Virus record (IMG/VR): IMGVR_UViG_3300037468_000183
Span: 32,001-96,000 of that record
Source: a virus
Length of the DNA stretch: 64,000 nt
Strand: one strand, 5' to 3'
In this document: in pieces, positions 57,938-64,000 of the stretch
How positions within the stretch are numbered: the first letter of the stretch is position 1
How the letters are laid out: the number at the start of each line of letters is the position of its first letter
Translations under genes and position numbers: made by a program
Notes under the pieces: generated by a model
Told to the model about the DNA's origin: nothing
Seen by the model: only the letters and a program-made list of their open reading frames with translations
Databases searched by the model: none

Positions 57938-58999
57938 ATCGCAACAATAGTTGCAGACAGTAGCGGGAATTGGAGCGCGACAGGCACCTGGACGGGCGAC
58001 ACCAAACCCGGCGTCGGTGACACGGCGCAGACCGGCGCGTACACCGTCACCATTGATGAGAATGTGACCTGCACGCAGATCGAAGCCACGTCGAGCGGGC
58101 ATTTCGAGGTCACGACGGGCGGCATCACGATCAATGCGAATTTCGTCATGGCGTCCAGCTATGCGACCAACGGCGGCCTGCGCTGCACACACACCACCGG
58201 CACGGTCACGCTAAACGGCACGATCTCAGGTACGTCCGGCACTGTGGCAGTCGGCAATGGCGCAGCGGGCACGCTTACGGTGGTTGGCGCAACGGTCACC
58301 GCGCCGCCAACCAGTTCTTCCATAGGCATCAACAACGCCTCGACGGGCACCGTAAATGTCACCGCCGACGTTTACGGCGGCTCAAATAATAGCTCTCTTG
58401 GACTCAGATGCGCCGGCAACGGCAATGTCAACATCACCGGCAACGCCTTTGGCGGCGGCGGTTTTATTGCAATTGGCGTACAACAGCATGGCACCGGTAC
58501 CGTGGCGATCAGCGGCAATGCTACGGCAGGCGCGGGCATCGGCGCGTGCGGCTGCCAAAATTTCGACAACACGGGCACCCTCACAGTTGGCGGCACGGCA
58601 ACGGGCAGCGCGACGAGCGGAGCTTACGATACTTTCGGTGCATATAACTATGGCACCGGCACTCTCACAGTCGATCAAGCTGTAGCCGGCGCGCACAAAG
58701 ATTCACCCGGTCTCTACGGCACCGAGAGCGGCGGCACGACGACCTACAAGCGCATCGGCTCGCAGGCCAACGGCAATAGCGCGCTTGGCGGCTTCTGCAA
58801 GATGGTGGTTGACGCGGACTACAATGTGATTGTCGTCAAAGACAGCGCGGGCAATGACGTGAGCATGAGCAACGACTATCCGGCAGTAACCGATGTCAAG
58901 GACGGCGTGATCTACAATCGCACGACGCTGGAAGGCACATTGGCGGCAGGTGGTCGGCCGGTGCGCATCGTGCCCCTCATAGGAGCGTTAGGCAAATGA
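57938..58999 (+). CDS. Gly/Thr-rich beta-helix tail protein, apparent ATC start
   Basis: GGAGGT-5nt-ATC GCA ACA ATA...SGNWS..TW; C-terminal YP..DV..GV.Y. Confidence 0.7.
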   Translation: MATIVADSSGNWSATGTWTGDTKPGVGDTAQTGAYTVTIDENVTCTQIEATSSGHFEVTTGGITINANFVMASSYATNGGLRCTHTTGTVTLNGTISGTSGTVAVGNGAAGTLTVVGATVTAPPTSSSIGINNASTGTVNVTADVYGGSNNSSLGLRCAGNGNVNITGNAFGGGGFIAIGVQQHGTGTVAISGNATAGAGIGACGCQNFDNTGTLTVGGTATGSATSGAYDTFGAYNYGTGTLTVDQAVAGAHKDSPGLYGTESGGTTTYKRIGSQANGNSALGGFCKMVVDADYNVIVVKDSAGNDVSMSNDYPAVTDVKDGVIYNRTTLEGTLAAGGRPVRIVPLIGALGK

Positions 59000-61221
59000 C
59001 AGTCAAGAGCGCGCAGACATGGGCCGGGGTCGTGGCGGCATTGGGCGCAGCGGGCGGGACAGTGCCGCTGACAGGTGGCACGGCGACGCTGTATGTCAAT
59101 GGCACGGCTAACGCTGCGGCAGTGACGCTCGGCACGGTATACCCCTATTCCTGGTCGGTGACGTTGCCTGCATTGACAGCCGGCCAAGCCGTCAGCATGT
59201 ATGTTGCGGGGACGGTTGAAACGACCTGGACAGCCGCCGTGGTGCGTGAGGATATGGCCGATACGGTTTATGTCAGCGATCTGGCAACGGCGGCGGAACT
59301 GGCGAAGGTGCCTAAGTCCGACTCTAACGTAACCTGGAACGCGACCGCCCTGGCGTCGATCAACGCCGAAGTGGATACCGCACTGAACACGGCGATTCCG
59401 GGCAGCCCGACCGCTGACAGCATCAACGAGCGCGTAAAGGCCATTGACGATCTGACGCAGGCGAGCGGCGGCGGCGACTTGGCCGCGCTGCTTACGCGCA
59501 TCGGCACGCCGGCCAACATCGACAGCGGCGGCGCCACCATTGCCGACAACCTCAAGAAGATCGCGGACGATAACGGCGGCGCTTCGTTCGACGCCACGGT
59601 GAGCAGCCTCAACAAGCTGTCAACGGCAGTCGTTACCGGCGTGGCGGCGACGCTGCAAGCCACCGCCAACACAGAGACCACCGGCACGCTGATCAGCGGC
59701 ACGTATGCCAGCACCTACCTGAGCAATGGCACCTCCTGGGTGACCGCGCCTGTCACGCCTGCCGTGGCCGAAGCGGGCAGTACCTTGTCGCCGTTCGGGT
59801 TGAATGTCAACCTGCTGTACACGGCCGGCGCAAGTCAGACCATCAACAGCGTCTCGATCCGGGGCAACTTCGCCGCGGGGCCGGGGCGTTACGTCAACGT
59901 CTACGCCTACAACTACATCACGACGACTTGGGACATGCTGAGTGATGTAGGCACGCGGCTCAATAACAGCACGACATTGACTACCTACTCCTACACGCTG
60001 CTGTCATCGCATCAGAAAACGGACGTGGGCGGCGACGGCGTGGGCGCGATCCGCATCGGTTTCAAGTCGCCGTCTGTGAACACCGGCGACCGGCTCAACG
60101 TCGATCTGTCCCTGGTCAACGTGGCGACCGCGGGCGCATCCGTGGCCGACATTGCCGACGCGGTGTATGCCAAACTCGCGACTTCGGTCTACGGGCGGCA
60201 AGTTTGGATCGACACGGTAGACGGTACGGACGGCTACGTCATCGGCGTCAATGGCCTGGATCATACGCCGGTCAAGACCATCGCCTGTGCCTATCAGTTG
60301 TGCGATGACCTGGGGCTGAAGACCATCGCCTTTAAATCGGGCAGCAACGTCACAGCGGTCACGCTGACGCGTTCGGCGCAGGGCTGGCGCTTCTACGGGC
60401 CGGGCAAGATCGCACTGAACGGGCAGAGCATCGCCGATGCAAAGTTCGAGGAATGTTATTCCGTCTACGGAACGAGCACCGGCGACGATGCTGATTTCTA
60501 TCGTTGCCAGATCGGCAGCGGCGGGTTGACGCTAGATCACGCCTACATCACGGCGTGCCGCATCAAAGGCGCAATCACGCTGATTGCCAACGCCGATCCG
60601 ATTATCTTCCACGACTGCATCGACGCGACCGGCTCGGGGGCCGACTTCGAGCTGATCTTCGTCGCCAACGCCACGGCCATCGTGCGCAACTTCCAGGGCG
60701 CGTTGACGCTCAAGGACATGGCGGGCACTAACAGCATCGTGATTGACGGGGCCTGTCGTGTGACGATTGACGCCAGCAGCACGGCGGGCGCGATCACGCT
60801 GCGCGGCTTTGCGGACTTGCCGAGCGGCGCGACCGGCAACACCTTCGGCGCGACCGGCACCATCGTGCAGACGGCGCGCTTTGCCACGGATAACACGATA
60901 TCCGCCAACGTCGCCAGCATCAGCGGCGACAGCACGGCGGCGGATCGGCTCGAAGCCATCCTGGACGCCACGCCGACTGGAACCGTGGTAGACGACAACG
61001 ACCCCGACCCGCTCGCGACGGCGTTCGAGACCAACCTGGCTGAGGCGAGCGACAACCACTATAACGGCGCGTTCCTGGTGTTCTACTCCGGCGCGCTGCT
61101 CGGCCAGTCGCGCAAAATCAGTGATTACGACGGCACGACGAAAGTCGTCACCGTCGCGAATGCTTTTACCGAAGCGCCCGGTGCGGGCGATCTCTTTATG
61201 ATCCTGGGTAGGAGCGAATAG
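58996..61221 (+). CDS. large mosaic tail fibre/spike protein
   Basis: INAEVDTAL...P...SINER repeats, beta-helix region, C-terminal D.HYNG..L.F.SGAL.GQ.R.I.DY.G.TK. Confidence 0.75.
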   Translation: MTVKSAQTWAGVVAALGAAGGTVPLTGGTATLYVNGTANAAAVTLGTVYPYSWSVTLPALTAGQAVSMYVAGTVETTWTAAVVREDMADTVYVSDLATAAELAKVPKSDSNVTWNATALASINAEVDTALNTAIPGSPTADSINERVKAIDDLTQASGGGDLAALLTRIGTPANIDSGGATIADNLKKIADDNGGASFDATVSSLNKLSTAVVTGVAATLQATANTETTGTLISGTYASTYLSNGTSWVTAPVTPAVAEAGSTLSPFGLNVNLLYTAGASQTINSVSIRGNFAAGPGRYVNVYAYNYITTTWDMLSDVGTRLNNSTTLTTYSYTLLSSHQKTDVGGDGVGAIRIGFKSPSVNTGDRLNVDLSLVNVATAGASVADIADAVYAKLATSVYGRQVWIDTVDGTDGYVIGVNGLDHTPVKTIACAYQLCDDLGLKTIAFKSGSNVTAVTLTRSAQGWRFYGPGKIALNGQSIADAKFEECYSVYGTSTGDDADFYRCQIGSGGLTLDHAYITACRIKGAITLIANADPIIFHDCIDATGSGADFELIFVANATAIVRNFQGALTLKDMAGTNSIVIDGACRVTIDASSTAGAITLRGFADLPSGATGNTFGATGTIVQTARFATDNTISANVASISGDSTAADRLEAILDATPTGTVVDDNDPDPLATAFETNLAEASDNHYNGAFLVFYSGALLGQSRKISDYDGTTKVVTVANAFTEAPGAGDLFMILGRSE

Positions 61222-61223
61222 AC

Positions 61224-61676
61224 ATGGCAAGCAGAATTTATAATGAGGCGCTGCGCGCAATCGCAGCCGGGGAAATCGACCTGAACGCCGCCGACATCCG
61301 GGCGAAACTGCTGATGACAGACACGACCGCAGACACGCAGAACGATGCGGTGGTTGTGGTTGCGGACATCACGACGCTGGATTTGTGCGACGCAGGCAGC
61401 TACGCCGACATCGACATGGCATCGTTGGCGGTTAACAAAGACGACCCCAACGACCGGGCGGAGTTTGCCGCGGCAACGCTGGTATTCAGCGGCTTGACAA
61501 CTGTCGCCACGCGCGATTATCAGGGCGTGCTGCTCTACGTTTGGGTGGACGGCAACCCGGCCAATGACAAGGTGATCGCGTTCATCGACTTCACGGCGGA
61601 CATACCGAAAGCGGCGACGCAGGTCACGGTGCCATGGGACGCCGAGGGTATCATCCAATTCGCGCAAGCCGCCTGA
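61224..61676 (+). CDS. minor tail protein
   Basis: G.ID...DI...L...FAA...F...W...GI family pattern. Confidence 0.7.
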   Translation: MASRIYNEALRAIAAGEIDLNAADIRAKLLMTDTTADTQNDAVVVVADITTLDLCDAGSYADIDMASLAVNKDDPNDRAEFAAATLVFSGLTTVATRDYQGVLLYVWVDGNPANDKVIAFIDFTADIPKAATQVTVPWDAEGIIQFAQAA

Positions 61677-61687
61677 CGGAGTAGTCC

Positions 61688-62701
61688 ATGCCGCTCTGGT
61701 GGTGGTGGTACGGTAAGCCCGCGGCTAATGAGCAGTCGGCGGCGGTAACGCCGCTGGCTGTGACGGTCTCGCTGCCTGCTGTCACTGCCACATATGCGGC
61801 TACGCTTACGGCCAGTGTTGCGCCGTTGGCGGTCACGGCCACCCTGCCAGCAGTCACGGCCACTTACGCCAGCGCATTGACGGCGGCGGTCGTGCCTGTT
61901 GCAGTCACGGTCACGCTGCCTGCCGTTACAACGACCTTCCTGAGCGTGCAGGTTGCGAGCGTCGCACCGCTGGCTGTGACGGTCACGCTGCCCGCCGTTA
62001 CCGCCACGTATGCGAGCGTGCTAACTGCTGCGGTTGCGCCGGTCGCGGTTGCTGTAACGCTGCCGGCTGTCACCGCAACCTACGTCAGCGCGTTAACGGC
62101 CAGCGGCGCTCCCGTAGCGGTGACGGTCACGCTGCCAGCAGTCACGGCCACATACGCGGCGGCGCTCAGTGCGGCGGTTGCGCCGCTTACTGTGGCGGTG
62201 GCCCTACCCGCTGTCACGGCCAGCTATGTCAGCGCCTTGACAGCGGCGTTGGCGCCGCTGGTCGTCTACGTCAGTCTGCCAGCGGTCACGGCAAGCAGCG
62301 GTATCGTCCACATCGCCACGGTCGCGCCCGTTGTCGTGCAGGTCACCCTGCCGGCAGTTACGGCGACCTATCTGGCACTGCATAGCGCGGCAGTCGTGCC
62401 GCTGCAAGTGCGGATGACGCTGGTCAGCGTGACGGCGGTCGGCATCATACCCGCGCTGTACACGGCCGCCGTGACACCGCTGCAAGTGCTGATCACGCTG
62501 ATCGCAGTGACGGCGCGCATCGGCCCACCGCCAGCCTGTCGCATTTTCGACGTGCTGGCGGAAGGTCGCATTTACGAGATGGCGGCGGAGGATCGGGTGT
62601 TTAGTATGGCGGCTGAAGATCGGGTATTCGCGGTAGCAGCGGAGGATCGGATATTCGACGTGGCAGCGGAGGATCGCATCTACGAGGTGGAATGTGGGTG
62701 A
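61688..62701 (+). CDS. Ala/Val/Thr repeat fibre-like protein
   Basis: About 11 repeats of 24 aa, A.V.P(L/V)AVTVTLPAVTATY; C-terminal AAEDR(V/I)F repeats. Confidence 0.75.
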   Translation: MPLWWWWYGKPAANEQSAAVTPLAVTVSLPAVTATYAATLTASVAPLAVTATLPAVTATYASALTAAVVPVAVTVTLPAVTTTFLSVQVASVAPLAVTVTLPAVTATYASVLTAAVAPVAVAVTLPAVTATYVSALTASGAPVAVTVTLPAVTATYAAALSAAVAPLTVAVALPAVTASYVSALTAALAPLVVYVSLPAVTASSGIVHIATVAPVVVQVTLPAVTATYLALHSAAVVPLQVRMTLVSVTAVGIIPALYTAAVTPLQVLITLIAVTARIGPPPACRIFDVLAEGRIYEMAAEDRVFSMAAEDRVFAVAAEDRIFDVAAEDRIYEVECG

Positions 62702-62987
62702 TAGCAAGGTTTTTACGAAAGACCCGGAAGCCATTCTTGACTACGGCATTGACTGGCACGCCAACGACTGGCTTGGCGTGGATACCATTGCGACGGGTGC
62801 GACCGGCTCGACATGGACGGTGCCGAGCGGTATCACGAAAGTCTCGGACAGCAAGACGACGACAACGACCACCATCTGGCTGTCAGGGGGCACGGCGGGT
62901 GAGACCTATGCCGTTAAGAATCACATCATCACGGCAGGCGGGCGCGCGGAGGACTGCACGCTGTCGATTGTGTGTGAGTCGAAGTAG
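62694..62987 (+). CDS. fibre-tail adaptor-like protein
   Basis: KDPEAILDY.IDW..WL..DTI...WLSGG..G..Y...N.I.T..GR. Confidence 0.75.
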   Translation: MGDSKVFTKDPEAILDYGIDWHANDWLGVDTIATGATGSTWTVPSGITKVSDSKTTTTTTIWLSGGTAGETYAVKNHIITAGGRAEDCTLSIVCESK

Positions 62988-63006
62988 GCGCTCACAAGGG
63001 GTTGCT

Positions 63007-63645
63007 ATGATCGGTAAATGGATAACTGGCACAGGCGGTCTGAATCTCGAAATCGTGCCTTACGAGACGCGCCCGGATGCCGCGCGTTGGCAGGGCGGGC
63101 CGGTGTATCGCGTCAAGGACATATTCTCGACGCGCAACGGCTCATGGGAAACCAGTACCGATTTTGGCGGCATCGACCAATGGGCGAAGGATGCGTACTG
63201 GTCGGGTGCCAAGTTCGACGGGGCAGGCGGCGACCACAACTTTTTCATCCTGGCGCTGGATGAAGCGGGCCAGCCGATCCCCGGTAAGGGCCTGCTGTTC
63301 TGGCAAGGCGCAATGACCGCTGATTTCACTCCGAGCGACCCGCGCACGGCGAAACATGACGGCTCTGAGAATATCCCGGTATTCGGCTCGTATGCGCCGG
63401 ATCGCGACGAGCATGGTTCGTGGAGCGGCGCGGTACTGGGTAAGAGCGATGTGCTGATGGGCGTCGGGATGCCGTGGAATCATCACGTCTCGACGTTCCT
63501 GGTGCTACAAGCGGTTGCTGATTCCCAGCCCCCGCCACGACCGCCCGAACCTCTACCGGATGCCGACTTCCAGAAGACCGTATTGGCGCATCTCGACGCC
63601 ATTTATTTGCGGCTCGATGACATGGCGAAGCACTTGGGCGCATGA
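63007..63645 (+). CDS. hypothetical protein with GGDHN...G.G.P.NHHVS domain (lysis candidate)
   Basis: AAGGGG RBS; located after the tail genes. Confidence 0.6.
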   Translation: MIGKWITGTGGLNLEIVPYETRPDAARWQGGPVYRVKDIFSTRNGSWETSTDFGGIDQWAKDAYWSGAKFDGAGGDHNFFILALDEAGQPIPGKGLLFWQGAMTADFTPSDPRTAKHDGSENIPVFGSYAPDRDEHGSWSGAVLGKSDVLMGVGMPWNHHVSTFLVLQAVADSQPPPRPPEPLPDADFQKTVLAHLDAIYLRLDDMAKHLGA

Positions 63646-63671
63646 AAACATGTGAGGGGCGCGCTAAAATA

Positions 63672-64000
63672 ATGGTCAAACTCGTGACGGTCATCCTAGT
63701 GGCCTCTTTGCTGGCTGGCTGTATCGCGCCGCCATATACCAGCGTTGGCAACTATCGCGCCACGTTGCCGCTGCAAATCCCCCGGCAAATGCCTGCTATG
63801 CCACGTGCGCCGCAGACGGCGACCTGGACATACGCGCTGCCTGCGAAGGCGTGTCCCTGGTCAGCCACGGACAGCAATTGCCATTATAGTTCGCCCGCGC
63901 TCGCTGATCTCAATCATACTGGTACACTGGATATTATTGTCGCGACAAATAACGGCCATGTCGTGGCAATCGATCATGCCGGTAAGCTGCTTTGGGATGT
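63672..64000 (+). CDS. lipoprotein, FG-GAP repeat protein, 5' part
   Basis: Lipobox LLAGC at residue 17; SSPALADLN..G.LDIIV; frame runs off the window end. Confidence 0.8.
   Translation, partial: MVKLVTVILVASLLAGCIAPPYTSVGNYRATLPLQIPRQMPAMPRAPQTATWTYALPAKACPWSATDSNCHYSSPALADLNHTGTLDIIVATNNGHVVAIDHAGKLLWD

Noticed and set aside
1-64000. Stop-codon reassignment, and the many long antisense/overlapping ORFs in the track
   Set aside because: Core genes are uninterrupted in code 11; shadow ORFs are expected at this high GC and lack RBS or motifs.

Overview
This window is an apparently near-complete, circularly permuted ~64 kb tailed-phage genome with a siphovirus-like tail: tube protein, frameshifted chaperone and tape measure, but no sheath. 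The FG-GAP/DUF4214 lipoprotein gene that starts at 63672 appears to continue at position 1. The host is probably a Chloroflexota (Anaerolineae/Caldilineae-like) bacterium, an inference from an EAD7-like domain, DUF4214-like repeats and a GGDHN-type domain. The minus-strand early/replication arm (2053-23049) carries many small ORFs, a Gp3-like recombination protein, primase, initiator, DnaB-like helicase, a PAPS-reductase-like protein, VRR-NUC, HNH/GIY-YIG nucleases and DNA methyltransferases. AT-rich divergent promoters lie at ~23.3-23.45 kb. The plus-strand arm carries an FtsK/TraB-like membrane ATPase module, an EAD7/membrane module, then packaging, head, tail and fibre genes. I recognised no integrase, CI-type repressor or canonical endolysin. 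The most notable signals are: (1) two perfect host-type parS palindromes (TGTTTCACGTGAAACA) plus a TraB/Spd-like module, suggesting a phage-plasmid that borrows host ParB and may spread cell to cell; (2) an amino-sugar synthesis/glycosylation cassette inside the head-tail connector genes; (3) a methyltransferase with five tandem SPP(Y/F) modules; (4) several duplicated, structured non-coding elements. All family assignments come from reading motifs by eye, not from database searches.
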